A DNA stretch of 64,000 bases, taken from positions 69,502,001-69,566,000 of the forward strand of contig OX597817.1 in the NCBI GenBank assembly GCA_951406725.2, given 5' to 3'. Numbering within the stretch: position 1 is the first letter of the stretch; every line of letters begins with the position of its first letter. This document shows, one piece after another, positions 25,881 to 40,811 of this stretch. This stretch comes from Octopus vulgaris (Eukaryota). The translations under genes were made by a program, and so were the position numbers. The notes beneath the pieces were generated by a model that searched no databases, had not been told where the DNA came from, and saw only the letters and a list, made by a program, of their open reading frames with translations.

Positions 25881-26144
25881 GCACAAACATGTGCATGCAG
25901 ACACACATATGTGCAGGCATTTATACGCAAATGCACACTTGTAAGTCTAATCCTTGTGTTTTAATATGTGTCATGGAGTTTGATTTACGATTGTACCATT
26001 CTTTGTCTAATGAATTCCATATATTAGGTTCTACAATGTAAGTGTGTATATTTTCATTTACATATTTCAGTGAATACATGGCTTCTGGTAACATACACAA
26101 AATATTACGCATTAAATGATGATGCACCAAACTACTACTACAAG

Positions 26145-26252
<108 letters not shown>

Positions 26253-26588
26253 TACAACTACTTATAATAATAATAATAATAATAATAATCCTTTCTACTG
26301 GAAGCACAAAGCCTCAAATTTTGGGGAAAGAGATTGAATCAATTACATCAACCCCAGTGCGTAACTGGTACTTATTTTATCAATCCCAAAAGGATGAAAG
26401 GTAAAGTTGACCTCAGTGTAATACTGATACTTATACTAATAATAATTTCTCTGGATGTTTCTCTCCATTTAATATATACATGCCTTAGGTCTCTGACTGA
26501 GAGCCAGTGAGAAGATGAAATAAAATGCAATTCAATCAGAAAATGATAATAATAATAATGATGATGATGATGATGATGATGATGATGC

Positions 26589-26623
<35 letters not shown>

Positions 26624-26867
26624 TTGGGTTGGTGCATAATTATTGCAGCTTTTTTCAACAAATTTTATTCAACAAAAACAATAACAATATTTAACAAAAA
26701 CACGAAAGCATCTTTAAATAACAGTCTGACCATCTGCCAAGCAAATGGGAAGCAGTAATTGAAGTAGATGGTGATTATGCTCCGGAATAATAATTTAAAG
26801 ATGTTTTTGTTACATTTTGTTATTGTTTTTGTTGAAAAAAAGCTGCAATAATTATGCACCAACCCAA
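26624..26867 (+). mobile_element. Mariner-derived MITE
   Basis: ~38-bp TIRs TTGGGTTGGTGCATAATTATTGCAGCTTTTTTCAACAAA, TA TSDs, internal transposase end DHLPSKWEAVIEVDGDYAPE*. Confidence 0.9.
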
Positions 26868-26901
26868 TAATAATGATGATAACAATGATGATAATAATAA
26901 C

Positions 26902-26953
<52 letters not shown>

Positions 26954-27032
26954 TAACAATAATAATAATAATAACAATAACAATAATAATAATAATAATA
27001 ATTATAACAATAATAATAATAATAACAATAAC

Positions 27033-27071
<39 letters not shown>

Positions 27072-27074
<3 letters not shown>

Positions 27075-27240
27075 GCTCAGAAAATATAAAAATTTAGTGA
27101 TTGAAATCGAAAAGATATGACATTTCAAGACGGTTACAAAACCAGTGATTGTAGGAGCACTTGGAAAGATCAAAAAAGAAACTGAAAACAGAAAGTACCA
27201 AAGATTGGTATGTCACACGCACTGAGAAGTGCATGGTCAC
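27072..27240 (+). mobile_element. Decayed R4/Dong-type C-terminal fragment
   Basis: KLRKYKNLVIEIEKI*HFKTVTKPVIVGALGKIKK matches KLSKYKDLEIE..PIIVGALGMIKK of the 22-kb copy. Lies directly after (TAA)n. Confidence 0.8.
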
Positions 27241-27469
27241 TGTGAATTTTCTTTGCTTAATTTTTTATTGTTTCCTTTTTCACTTTGTCTTTCTTCCTCT
27301 TTTTTATTTTCTATCACATGGCTTTGTAAATGAACAATCTGTTGTGTTTATTTTAATGGCCTACCAATGTATTCAGTACTTTTCTCATGAAGATATGCAC
27401 TCGAAGAAGACAATAATGAAAATAATAATAATAATAATAATGAAAATGATAATAATAATAATGAAAATG

Positions 27470-27520
<51 letters not shown>

Positions 27521-27521
<1 letters not shown>

Positions 27522-28014
27522 GTGCCCTGATGCAGTACCAGGCAGTGGCTCTCATGGCTTCTGATCTTAACTGATTGGAAGTGTTATAATGTACATTATT
27601 TTGTCTTGGTATAAAAGATGGGCTACAGTAAATATTCTGCTCAATACCACAGATTTGCTTGTCAGTTGTTTGACTTTAACCAGTTGAGCATGTCCCTTAG
27701 TGGCTGACAATATGTGCATCTCTGATCATGAGCAGAAGTAGTGGGGGAGCATCATAGCCATATGTTGAGAGGGATTATTTGGGGTTTAAATAATTCACCT
27801 CTGGAAGCATGGGTGTTTCATTTAACATCCTTAAATAACCCTTATTCAAGGTCATGTGCTGTTTATTTTCATATGAGATCACCATGTCGTGCACATATGG
27901 TTGTGATGCATGTGCCTGGTGTACCCTTATCAAACGGGTGGTCATGATGGGTATACTGGGCTTCGTATATTTTACCCCAGTGTCACTTTGATGGCATGCA
28001 CTGCTCTCTCACTC
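27521..28014 (+). mobile_element. Unclassified ~490-bp insert in (TAA)n
   Basis: Complex, more GC-rich sequence with sharp edges and (AAT)n on both sides. No convincing ORF. Confidence 0.5.
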
Positions 28015-28031
28015 AATAATAATAATAATAA

Positions 28032-28078
<47 letters not shown>

Positions 28079-29054
28079 ATAATAATAGTAGTAATCCTTT
28101 CTACTATAGGCACAAGGCCTGAAACTTTGCGGGAGGAAGTTAGTTGATTACATCAACCCCAAGCTCAACTGGCACTTATTTCATTGATCTCATAGTAATA
28201 ATAAATGGTAAAGGTATTCAAGTTGATAATAATTGAACTAATCGTGCAAATAATAGTGGGCATTATAAAACAACAAATAGTAAATATTGCAATAGAAAGA
28301 AAAATCCAATTGAATACATTCCACCCAGCATATTCAGTAATAAGTATATACACTGCAATAAAATTGGAAATGATAATAATAACACTAATAATAATTATTC
28401 AAGAAAATGGAGAATGCACCCGAGGCAGATTACATGGTATAATAGAAAATTTTTTGCTGGTCTGAACAAGAAAATATGGTGTTTAATCAGCACATGGTTA
28501 AATTTGCTTTTTCAACCACAAGGAACTTTTTTAACCACAAGCACATAACACAAGGAATTTAAAGGAGTTTGAGAGTATGAATTTATTAATCCTGCTAATA
28601 ACTAACCATAAAAGAAACAGTGGTTGAAAGAATAGCAATATTATTATTAGCAATGTGTATCTAGATAATAATGGTAATGATAATAAAAGTAGCTTTGATA
28701 GTAAAGTTAGAGATTATAACAACTTTAATTGCCAGGGAAGTTGTAAGTTGATTACAGAGACCCCCAGTGTTCAACTGGTATGTGTTTTATTGAGCCCAAA
28801 AGGATGAAAGGCAAAATTGACCTTGGCAGAATATGAACTCAGAACATAAAGACAGACAAATTGCAGCTAAGCATTTCACCCCACTTGCTAATGATTCTGC
28901 CAGCTTGCTGCCTTCGATAGGTGTAATAATGACATAACTGATGATTGCACTGGACAATTATTTAATGTTGAAAAGGATGCCTTTGAAGTTTTAGGCTTGA
29001 GCAGAGAAAATCTTGGTGTACCAAATATGCCTTATAGCCATATGAATAAAACTC

Positions 29055-29357
29055 CTAGCACTACACTCCTGGCCAATGCTAGTGCCACCTAACTGGCACC
29101 CATGTCAGTGGCACATAAAAACACCATCCAAGCGTGGCACATAAAAAGCACCATTCGAATGTGACCAATGCCAGTGCTGTCTGACAGGCACCCATGCTAG
29201 AGGCATGTATAATGCACCATTCGAGCGTGGTCGATGCCAGTGCCACCCAACTGGTTCCCATGCCAGTGGCATGTAAAAAGCACCCACTACACTCTTAGAG
29301 CAGCTGGTGTTAGGAAAGGCATCCAGCTGTAGAAATCTTGTCAAATCAGATTGGAGA
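29055..29357 (+). mobile_element. RTE-type repeat with internal tandem units
   Basis: Repeated ATGCCAGTGCC..CTGGCACCCATG..GGCAYRTAAAAAGCACC units leading into GGTGTTAGGAAAGGCATCCAGCTGTAGAAA. Confidence 0.7.
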
Positions 29358-29427
29358 GTAGAAAAGAATATTACAGCTATTTTTTTATCCATTTTTTATT
29401 CTCTTAATTAACATTAGGTTTACATAT

Positions 29428-29624
29428 AAGGTGGTGAGCTGGTAGAATTGCTAGCACAGAGGGCAAAATGCTTAGTAGCATTTCATTCATCTTCACATTC
29501 TGAGTTCAAATTTCACCATGGTCAACTTTACCTTTCACTCTTCCAAGGTTGATAAATTAAGTACTAGTTGAGGACTTACCCCAGTTCTGAAATTGCTGAC
29601 CTTGTGCCAAAATTTGAAATCAAT
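29428..29624 (+). mobile_element. Family B SINE with TSD
   Basis: 13-bp TSD ATTAGGTTTACAT at 29413-29425 and 29625-29637. Confidence 0.85.
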
Positions 29625-30269
29625 ATTAGGTTTACATTAATATCCCAAGCTTTTCACTTGCTTTTAAAGGTTTTAAATTAGTTGGTATTTTGGGTATTCT
29701 AAATAATTCTTCAAGACGATGCATTTAGCTATCTTAGTACTTTTAACTATTTTCTAGCATTTTAATTCTCTCCTATCAATTTATTGATTTAAGTTATTGC
29801 TCTTTTTTATTGTACTTTTTTATTGGTTCTTATTTCTTTCTGTATCTGAGTACCCCGCTCCACCTTAGATTATACTATACATACTGAATTCCTTTTATAC
29901 TTCTTAGCTTAAATTTGAAATATTTTCTCATCAAAAGATTACAGACTCTTGTAAATAGAATTAAATCACAGATTATTTTTCTCATCATGAGTTTAATGAA
30001 CTAATCTGCCCTAAAAATACTTTGGTACTATTTGTAATACATTCATCTTACCTATTTTTACCTATTTGTCTCTGAGTCAGTAAAAGTTTAACTTCATATG
30101 AAGTCTTACCATATCATATTTCAATATCATCTAAGCACTCATCAGGGTAATCAGCCTCAGCCAAACACACCATGCCCCGTCTTCTCCCGTTTGATGTTCC
30201 TGGTCATCACTGATGGATGTACTAATAATAATATCACCTCAACCTTATTTCCTTTATTTTTATAAATGA

Positions 30270-30780
30270 TTACCATAACAACCCATGTAATTTACGCACT
30301 TTTTTCACAAAAACAAAAATTAATTTTAGGGAGTGTGTAAATTACATGAGTAGATTGTTTCCAGAATCTTTTAAGAAATTTTTTTTGTTAAAAAATGATG
30401 TACAGGAAGTTGACTCATTTGATGTCAGAATAGGTTTTTACCGAAAAAATATAATGAAGTTGACTTTTACTTTCTCTGTATAAATTTACTAAAACCATTA
30501 AATGGTTAACTTCTTTTTGAAGTTTGACATTCATGCTGGTAATCATGGTCTGGGCCATATTTTACATTGCTTGGAGTTTCTTCCTATCATAATGGAGCCC
30601 AGCAATTTCCTTAAATAGATCAGTTTTTCTCTGCCTAGAGAGTTTAGCTTGCATTTGCACCAGGAAACTATTTGCTTGCTTTCGCCATGGTACGACACAA
30701 AAAATTCATCACTGCTATGAGCTCTTACTGCATCTAACATCAACAATGACAACACCATAAATCATCCTTGTGCATGTAAA
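30270..30780 (-). mobile_element. Decayed pogo/Tc2-like DNA transposon fragment
   Basis: Terminal hairpin CATGTAATTTACGCAC..GTGTGTAAATTACATG and minus-strand SLLMLDAVRAH, resembling the DDE_1 LLxxDxxxxH motif. Confidence 0.35.
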
Positions 30781-31400
30781 CTCACTAAGGGAATATGACT
30801 TAGCATTCCTACAGAAACCTTCATTTACCTTATATGATGTTTCATATCGTTTTACATTCATGTTGAATTATGTAGTAATCCTATGTTCTCTTCATAGTAC
30901 ACTTGTAATGTATGTATTACAAGTTCTTTTGGTATAGTAGATTTTTGGTATTCTTGCTTATGTTTTCTCACAGACATGTATATTCTAACAAGTCACTTCT
31001 TAAAATGTGCACCTCCCTTATTCAATAAACACTGAGTTAAACTTGCAAAGCTGTTTATTTTCTCCTTTTGATTTCTAATGCTTATTCTAATGGGTTACCA
31101 AACTATCAATCTGGTCTCCTGGCTAAAACAGTAATGACAAATTTTTAAGTGTGAAAGGGATAAAAATTTCGATACTCCATATCAAAGGTTCCAACAAGAA
31201 TAGGCAGAAAATCAGAGCTTGAGACAAGAAGACACTTTCGACCAATCAGAATTCTGTTTACATAATCAGACATAATCATTTGTCTTGCTTGCCTTACATT
31301 CTGGCATTCCCCGAATTTTCTTGAGAATAGTTTCTCTTAGTGGTCAGACCATATGAGGTCTACCTCTAGCATATTAGGAGTCCACCTAGTGGTCATTCCT

Positions 31401-31443
<43 letters not shown>

Positions 31444-31444
31444 A

Positions 31445-31755
31445 ATAGACACCATTTGGTCATGAATAATCATAGGATTGCACCTAGAAAGTTCCCCTCC
31501 AAACCATAAGTCTGGGCAGGGTTGTTTATGGAAGACTAGCAGTCACTCATGCATACCAGTCTCTCCCCTCCATGCCACCAATGATATCCAAGAGAAAGGC
31601 AAAGGCTCATACAGCTTGGCACCAGTGACATCGCAACTCATCTCTACAGCTGAGGGAACTGGAGCAATGTGAAATAAAGTATCTTGCTCAAGATCACAAC
31701 TCACAACCCACTCCAGGAATCAAACTCACTACCTCATGATTGTGAGCCTGACACT
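31445..31755 (-). mobile_element. tRNA-derived SINE sharing its head with the 47.6-kb and 50.1-kb family but with a different tail
   Basis: CAGCTGAG..ACTGGAGCAATGTGAAATAAAGT.TCTTGCTCAAG shared with 50327-50371. Confidence 0.7.
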
Positions 31756-32589
31756 ATGTATTATCATCATTGTCATTATCATCATCATAATCATTTAACA
31801 TCCACCTTCCATGCTACCATGGGTTGGACGATTTTGGCAAGAGCTGATCAGCAAGAGGACTGCACCAAACTACACTGTCTGTTTTTGGTATGGCTTTTAC
31901 CGCTGGATGCTCTTCCTAACATCAGTCACTTTACATAGTGGACTGGGTTGTTTTTGTGTCATACCAGCACTGGTGAGGTGAATGTCTGATATATTTTAAC
32001 TGGTCGGTGTCAGTCCTTATGTATTTTTGTATTTTAGAAGATTGATTCTTGAGTCACACATGGATATTGGCATACCACCTCTGGAGTTAGTCGCAGACTT
32101 TGGTATATTGGTTCTATGTCATATTGAACATGGGGTGCGGTGGGAGAGAGAGAGAAAGAGAGAGTGATGGATTTATTGAATGATAGACAGAAAGAGAGAC
32201 TGAAAAACAAAGCTAAGGGCTGAGATAAAAAGGGTAAGAGACAGAGAAAAAGAAAAGAGGTGAGAAGGAAATAAAGAAGGAGAGAAAGAAAAAGAGAGAT
32301 AGGAATGAAGAGAGGGGGAATTAAATGAAGATGATGATGATGAATGAGGATATATTCAAGAATTGTTATTGTTGGATCTAGCTGACATGACGAAGGGAGA
32401 AATTATTTCAAACTATCACCCACTAAGCATGGAAAGCGGACGTTAAATGATGATGATGATGATGATGATGATGAATGTGGGTCCATTAAATATATTTTGG
32501 CAGCAGGAAATATTGTATATTGTACACCATGCAACATCAGGTATATACATTCACATTACAAAATACACATGCCCAAGCACACACACACA

Positions 32590-32621
<32 letters not shown>

Positions 32622-33193
32622 TACACATGCACATACACCTGTCAATGTGTTGCATGAAACTGTTTGGCTGTGCAGTGATAATTATTTTCATTGCTATAAT
32701 AATTGTGGTTTACCTATCTTTCCAATATTACTCATTAATTTGAACTATGCTTTTAGAATAGATATACTTTACAGCATGAAGTAAACATGTTATGTTGTAA
32801 TCAATAATGAAAGCAAAATGCACACAAAAATCAAAGCAGATGCAAGGTAAACAAAGGAATTTCCTAAATGTATTTTGTCTGCATGTGTGCAAGCTATTGG
32901 TGCAAAGTTATGGGTGCATGTGAGCAGCTATGGATCTGTGGTTAAGAGGTTTGCATTGCTGCCCATGTGGTTCTGAGTTTTCATACCATTAAGCAATTCC
33001 TTGACCAATCACCTTTTGTTATGACATAACATTGCTTTGATTAATACCTTTTAACTGTGGAAACAATGTGGGAGTCAGTCACATTTGTGTGTGTGTGTCT
33101 GCGCACATATACATACATACATTCATACATACGTGCATACATACAAACATACACACATACATACATGCATGCATACATGTATACATGCATACA

Positions 33194-33594
33194 TACTCTG
33201 TTACTTGTTTCAGTCATTTGACTGCGGCCATGCTGGAGCACCGCCTTTAGTCGAGTAAATCGACCCCAGGACTTATTCTTTGTAAGCCTAGTATATATTC
33301 TATTAGTCTCTTTTGCTGAACCGCTAAGTTACGGGGACATAAACACACCACCATCGGTTGTCAAGCAATGGTGGGGGGACAAACACAGACACTCAAGCAT
33401 ATACACACATACATATATATATAGATATATACGACGGGCTTCTTTCAGTTTCCGTCTACCAAATCCACTCACAAGGCTTTGGTCGGCCCGAGGCTATAGT
33501 AGAAGACACTTGCCCATGGTGCCACGCAGTGGAAATGAACCTGGAACCATGTGGTTGGTAAGCAAGCTACTTACCACACAGCCACTCCTGCACC
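33194..33594 (-). mobile_element. Family A SINE, full length and low divergence
   Basis: Complete head to tail with many CpGs retained. Confidence 0.9.
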
Positions 33595-34852
33595 TATACA
33601 TACATACATACATACATACATACATACATACATACATACATACATACATACATACATACATACATACATACATACATGCATGCATGCATGCATGCATGCA
33701 TGCAGTTATGTGGTAAAATAGAAAAGCACTTGATCAGGCCAAGAGAGTAAAGATAATCTTAAAATGGAAAACCTCAAATCTTGTATTAAAGCTACCCAAG
33801 GTTTCCTAGTTGAAATAATAATTTATTCTGCCATTTATCAAGATGTCACTACAAGATTTGTGGAATCTTTATTTTAAGATTATGTATGTATGTATGTATG
33901 CAGGTATGTATGTATAGATGTGTAATAATTTTTCATTTGGGTATACACCTTGTAGTATGCCATTTAAAGCCCATTCACTGTATTTGGTTATCTAATGTCA
34001 TCAACAGTATGGCAGTATATGTCACTAGATTTACTTGAGGAATTCCTTCATGTTTGTAGTTTATAAAAAATACTAGAAAAAGAAAATGGAATTCATGAGA
34101 CTCTTTGTTATTCCCTGTGATCATTCCGAACCATCGTGTATTGGTGCCTCACAGGTGAGATGCTATACAAGCACTACAGATGATGTCCGATATACATACA
34201 AAAAAACAGAAAGAAACATTCATACATCTTTAACTCTGACTACATCCAGTTTCTTTTGCTTGCATGAGTTAGGAAGAGTTAGTTGAGACAGATTTTCAAT
34301 GGCCAGTGCAGGTGTGTGTGTGTATGAATGAATGTGTCTTTTTGTCAACATTGTATTGATATTCATGCACTTAATGGAAACATGCATGTGTTGGCAGTAG
34401 GTAGAGCATCTGGCCATGGAAATCTCTGCCCCATCAAGTTACATTTGACCCATGCAAACATGGAAAAGTGGAGATTAAGAGGATGATAGTGGTGGTGGTG
34501 TGAGTGATGATGATGATGATGATGATGATATACAATAAGATCATTACACATTTCGAAAAGGAAAAAAAAAATCAATTGAAATCATCAAGTCAAATATTTT
34601 TCACATGTTCTTCAGACACCTCATTCCCAAAAATCCATACCTTTAATTCTGTATCAATTATATTAAACAAAAATATAATTAAGCAATTAGCAAAATTATA
34701 CCATCGAATACCATCGATTTATTTTTAAGTTTATGTAAATCAAATATGTTATGCAACAAACAGATGGTACAAATTTTTTTCTCACTGAATACTTTGTGTT
34801 ATACACACAATAAATGGATGACGTAAATTTGTACATATGAACATATATGTGA

Positions 34853-35310
34853 ATGTCAGGTGGTGTGGGTTACGGTCTTGTCCCCCACATTATAAATCAG
34901 GTAGTTCATGAAGGAGCCATACCCAATGACTGGTATAGCAGTACCATAGTCAACTGCTATAAGAGTAAAGGTAATGTTTTTGATAGAAACAACTATAGGG
35001 GTATCAAATTATTGGATCAGGAGATGAAAGTTACAGAGAGAGTCATAGCCCAACGAATTAGGGAGAAAGTTAACCTAGGTGAGATGTAGTTTGGTTTTGT
35101 GCCAGGCAGAAGCACCATGGATGCTATATTTCTGGTATGGCAACTGCAGGAGAAATATCTAGCCAAAGATAAACCTCTGTACTTGGAGAAAGCCTTTGAC
35201 AAGGTCCCTCAATACCTTATCTGGTGGTCAATGTGGAAACTGGGGATAGACAATGGTTGGTAAGAGCTGTACAAGCCCTGTACAGGGTTGCTGTTAGTAA
35301 GGTGATGGTT
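34853..35310 (+). pseudogene. RTE-clade LINE reverse transcriptase fragment
   Basis: IPNDW..YKSKG..NYRGIKLL..*FGFVPGRSTMDAIF..QEKY..LEKAFDKVP, with a stop and indels. Confidence 0.9.
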
Positions 35311-38300
35311 GACACCTTACTTGGAGAGCAATAATTACTAACTACAAACTTAATTAGCCCATGATTAAACACACAACCCATACCAGCATAGAAAGCTGGC
35401 ATAATATGATAATGAAACAAGCATGTATACATATATACATACATACACATAAACATGCACACATACATAGATATACACAGATACATATTTTCCTGGACTG
35501 GGTTGCATGTCATGTTCTTAATCAAAGCAATTTATTTCATGTTGCTCCAGGCTTGCACAAAGAAGCTAACCACTCAAGTAAAAAGAAAAAACTACATGGA
35601 CAGCTTCAGCTTGCATCAGTTCCCCAACATTACTCTTAATGACCACAACAAAATTCTTCTCCAACTCCAAATGGAAGTTGGAATAGATATAGTATATGTT
35701 TTTCTCCCACCCCTATAGCAACAAACTGCTTTGTTCTGCCTCCTTTCATACATTAATTTCTCATCACCTAACATAAGGCCACTTCCATCATAAATTAGCC
35801 TTTCAACACCTGATATAACAGCTCTCTATCTTAATGCTGCACCTCTACCCAGCTGAGGGGAATTGCCTTTCAGTTTGCTTATTGACCTCATTAGTGTTGA
35901 TGTCTTGAAAAATGAAAGCATTCAGTATTCTCAATAAAGTGAGTGGCATCAGGGAGGACATTATTCAGCTGTGAAAACCATGCCAAAGCAGATATTGGTG
36001 TTCAATGCAGTCCTCTGGCTTGTTGAACCATTCAACTTATGCCAGCATGGAACAAGGATATTAATTTATGATGATGATGATAACTAAAGGTCCTTGACAT
36101 TTATTTCTTCCCTTACATTCCATGGACCGAGCCATTCCTAATTGCACCATCTCCTTAAGAAGTTCTATTTGAAGCTCAGTTCATATTTCTATATTTTAGC
36201 TGTTACAGGCCCCAAGGTATCCACTACTTCAAGCCCCTTCATGCCCCACATTTTCTAAATTTCTCTCTGTTAAGTTTTCATACAGACACATACATATGGA
36301 GAGTGTGTGTGTATGTAGTTTTGAATGAATTACATACATTTAGATACATATGCTATTAGAAACAAATAGCAATGCTCCAGTTTTAACATTTTAAATCAAA
36401 ACGTCATATTTTTGTTCCACGTGTTTTGTTTGGAACAATAGATTTCCATTCATTTTATTCTCTCTCCCCAGTCTTTAATGGCATTCTAGATAAAATGATT
36501 TAAATACTGATCTAATTTCATATAGATTTTTATAACAGGTGTGAGTTATATGAAGGACTTTATGTCTGTTTTTTTATCATTTTTATCAACTGGCTGTTGA
36601 CAGATTCCTTTCCACAGTCAGTACTTAAGCTTTTATGTCTAATAGGTTGCTAGGATGGATTTTCTTTGCGTTAACTTTCTCACATTATGTGTTACTTTTT
36701 TCTTCAAATATAAACTCCACGACTAATTTTCTAGATATTTTATTTTTAGCAGGGAACTGGTTTCAGTGATTAAAATATTCTATATACCAGGGCTGTAAAA
36801 TTTATTTGGCTTCGTGTCAAGCATAATATGACTTCATGGCTTGAACAAGAATAATTGTTCTGATAAAATTATTTCAGACTTTTAACGACATGATTGTTCA
36901 TTTTGGTGGCATCAACAGCAAAAAAATTACCAAAATTAAGTGTCATGTTTGTTCTATGTATTGATATCTTCAGATATTATCATCACATAGAGCAGACACA
37001 AAATTAGATTACAGAGACCACATACATAGGTCTCACATACATAAGGCCGAGCCTTAACAGAAAACATGAGTAGAACAATAACATTCCTCTACCAAACTAC
37101 ACAACATGAAGACTAAAGACAAAATGAGAGAAGGAAAAAAATGACACAGATGCTAACAGTATAAGGTATGAACAGTGTAGTAAGCAAACCCATTTACATG
37201 CACACAAAACACATGTATTAAACACATAGCTATGCATGCTCACACACACACACATACACAAATACACACAGAGATACAGACACAAATGCATGCATTGAAG
37301 GATACACACCACAGAAAGATAGAATGGATTAAACAGGACAGGAGGAGACACACAGGATGGAGAGTCCCCAAAGAGGTCACAGGATGTGAGATAAAAGATT
37401 TCAGATAAAGGACACTAAAATAAGAATGATAATAACAAAGCTGAAGTGAAGAACGAGTATATAGTGCATGTAGTCATTTAGCAAAAACCCCACCCAAAAA
37501 CGACCATTCTAAAACATAGCAACACTTTTTATTTAGGAAAACCACAAAACATTGTTTATAAGGAAGTTCTAGGTTAGATAACAGAAATCAGAAGGTAAAA
37601 GGTAATGAGGTGCAGAAAACTGTGAAACCAGCAAATAGTAATCCAGATATGCATATACCTATGATTATATCTATATCTGTCTACACATACACACACACAT
37701 GAACACACACACATATGTATAAGAGAGATGTTAGATGTAAGTCATTTATGTAGCACTACAGTTGAATAAAAAATAAATATAAATGCTGTACTTTTGCATA
37801 TTGGGTTCTATTTCTCCCACTTGTACCACTAAACCTGTGTGTGTATGTGTGAGTTAACAGCACACGAACTCACACATATATATATTTACATTGACCAGAG
37901 CGAAAATATGGTGCATCAACTTTTGCATGGTTTTCAAACTATGTTTGAGTTTGTAGACCATATATTTATTCCAAAAGAAACGAAGTCATATCAACAAGTT
38001 TCTGGACAGCCTGGAAGCATGTGGAGTGTGAGAAACTCATATAGAAAGAAATATCCTCAAGTATTCTTTGCAGGAAATCACATGATCCACGTTGATGCAA
38101 TGGTACAAGTTTGTACAATCTGTTTCTCTAATGTTGTTTAGCAAAGTTTCGGATAAACATGCCATTTGAATTCTTTATTTTATGTCTTTTTCTTTTTGAA
38201 AATTTCTTTGAATTTCTATATTTCAAATGTCTGTTTGACAGAATTACAATTTTTTATGTTTTTCTTTTTACCTTACTTATTTTTAAAGTACATAGCTGGT

Positions 38301-39280
38301 AGTAACATTTACATTTCAAACATTTTTTTCGAGAAACTTATGTTTTAAACATAGGAGATTGTTATTCTGCAAAATAATGAGGGTTGGGGTTAGTATTTGG
38401 GATTAGGTTAGATTAGGGTTTAGGTTTTAGAAATAAAATTTGGGTTAGGATTTCATGTCAGAGTCTAACTTAAGGGCCAAGGATTAGCATTTAATGTTCC
38501 AGTTGGTGTTTGCCCTTAAGATCACAGTTTCAGTGCACAATGTTCCTCAGGGTCATTAATGGTTTTCCTTGGTCACGAGTGGACGGCCATCATGTATGTA
38601 TGCATGCATGCCAAACTTTTGTCTACCAAATCTATTCACAGGTTTTGTCTATCAAATCTATTCACAAGTCAACTGAGGAGCCATGCAATGAGGTTGAACC
38701 CAAAATCATGTGATTTCAATGTAAATAATCCTTAAACAGATAGCCATGTCTGCATGCACGTAGACAGACAGACGGACGGACGGACGGACGGACGAACAGA
38801 CAGACAGACAGACAGACAGACACACACACACACACACACATGCACATGCACATGCACACAATCCCCAAGTCCAAGATCTGGGTTGTATGGAAAGTGATTT
38901 TTGAACTATTATGGTGTTACTTATGTTAATAACTGGTGTGCCTGCTAGTTTGAAACTTAAGCTGAAATAAAAGTTAATAAAAGGCATCTGCCTGAATTTT
39001 TAATAATACAAAATTATATAGGAGTGAAGATGCTGATAATATATTTATCTTACTGTATTATTTTATTTTCCTTTAAGAAAAATTTTAACTTATCGTCACT
39101 GATGTAGGTGACAGTTTCTGACATCTTAGATAACAGACAGATAGGCAGATAAGTAGGTAAGTAGGTAGAGAGATAGATAAGTAAATAGATACAAAGAAAT
39201 ACTGACTGATAGACAGGCTGATAAATATATCAATAAACAGAAAGACAGAAATTGATAGATAAGAACCTGTGCTCTGTCTG

Positions 39281-39358
<78 letters not shown>

Positions 39359-39819
39359 CATACATGTAGAAGGGGAGATAAATAGACAGATAGGCAAATA
39401 GACAGACAGACAGATAGATAGATAGATAGTTACCATGAAAATTAGAGGTATTCATAAAAAGATGGATAGCTTGATAGATATTATTATATTTTATTGCCAA
39501 AGACATTGTACTACAAAATTACAGTTTATAATAATGGGTCCTTGATAGAAATTGTATATAATTATGTAGCATATACAATGGATTAAGAAAGAAGAGAAAG
39601 TCTTAAAAGGAAAAGCTGGACAAACAACTTGTACACGGATATTAAGAAACTATATTAGACAGACAATAACAATGGTAATGTGTTTCGTCTTAGCCATCTT
39701 CCAGAACATTTCCAGTTATTAAAGAACTAAAAGAAAGGATACGAGATAAAAGATAATATTTTTGATCACGCACAGAAAAAAAAAAATAAAGGAAACCGAT
39801 GGTTGTTTGATGAGAAATG

Positions 39820-39871
<52 letters not shown>

Positions 39872-40455
39872 AAGTATTTTTCATATCTTGCTCCGTAATT
39901 TTAGGGATATTGACGTAGTTTTGGTTTTTGCGGAACAGAGCAATGCTGCTTTATTAAGCTGTACAACTCATTTGGCTATTATTACAGTATATATTGGGGC
40001 AGTAGATTTTTCAGAAACAATAGTGTGGGACAAATTGCATTGTGGTATTTATTCTGGTGCTTTACTTTCTGAGTTCAAATCTTGCTGAAGGCAGCCTTGC
40101 CTTTCATCCTTGCAAGGTGTCTATAAAATAAGATATCGGTTGAATACTGTGGGCAATGTGGGAAAATTGATCTCTCACTAACATCCAAATGTTCTGTAGC
40201 CATGAGCCTACATTAGAAATGAATATAACATGTGTGTGTGTGTGTGTGTGTAATAGAACGAACAGCAATGATGACACTGGTTTGACTTTGAATCTCTTTA
40301 ACAGTGCAAAATAATGAATTTATTTCCTCTTAATTCTACCTCAGTTCATCTAATCACTACTTTTCATTAAAAAAAGCCTTTATACTTTTGATATTCAATG
40401 TGCATTTGCACTTTTTTCTTCTTATTTTCCCTAAATATATATATATATATATTAT

Positions 40456-40625
40456 ACAAGAGTTAAAGATAGAGTAGATAAGATCCAGTCTACATATGTG
40501 TCATAGCGAAGAGAAGCTCAGAAGTGGTAAATATCCAGGTGAGGTGTATACCACAGACTACTTCAGGCCAAGGTTATCTTGATTAAATGAAATTTACGTT
40601 GTCGTAAGTAGGCACATATCAACAC
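40456..40625 (-). mobile_element. Probable Penelope pLTR fragment, homologous to 50530-50711
   Basis: Reverse complement matches ..GTGGTATACACCTC..GGATATTTA..GCTATGA.ACATATGTAG..GGATCTTATCTACTC.. Adjacent to (TA)n. Confidence 0.6.
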
Positions 40626-40675
40626 AAGCACAATTCAATATATATACATATATATATGTAAAAAAATACAAACTG

Positions 40676-40741
<66 letters not shown>

Positions 40742-40773
40742 TTTATTTAAAGCAGCGGAAAATTCAACAAAAC

Positions 40774-40811
40774 CTGTTACTCTGAGTTTCACGTTTCCGT
40801 TCGTCGGACAG
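40774..40811 (-). ncRNA. Minimal hammerhead ribozyme, U4C core variant
   Basis: Minus strand CTGT-CCGACGA-ACG-gaaa-CGT-GAAA-CTC-a-GAG-TA-ACAG. All three stems are complementary. Confidence 0.65.

Noticed and set aside
38380-38450. Interstitial telomere (TTAGGG-like)
   Set aside because: Only scattered degenerate units, more typical of DNA-transposon internal repeats or chance.
39676-39704. Further hammerhead-like motif on the minus strand (CTGGAAGAT-GGC-taa-GAC-GAAA-CACAT-TA)
   Set aside because: Core insertion, mismatched stem II and no stem I make it too decayed to support.
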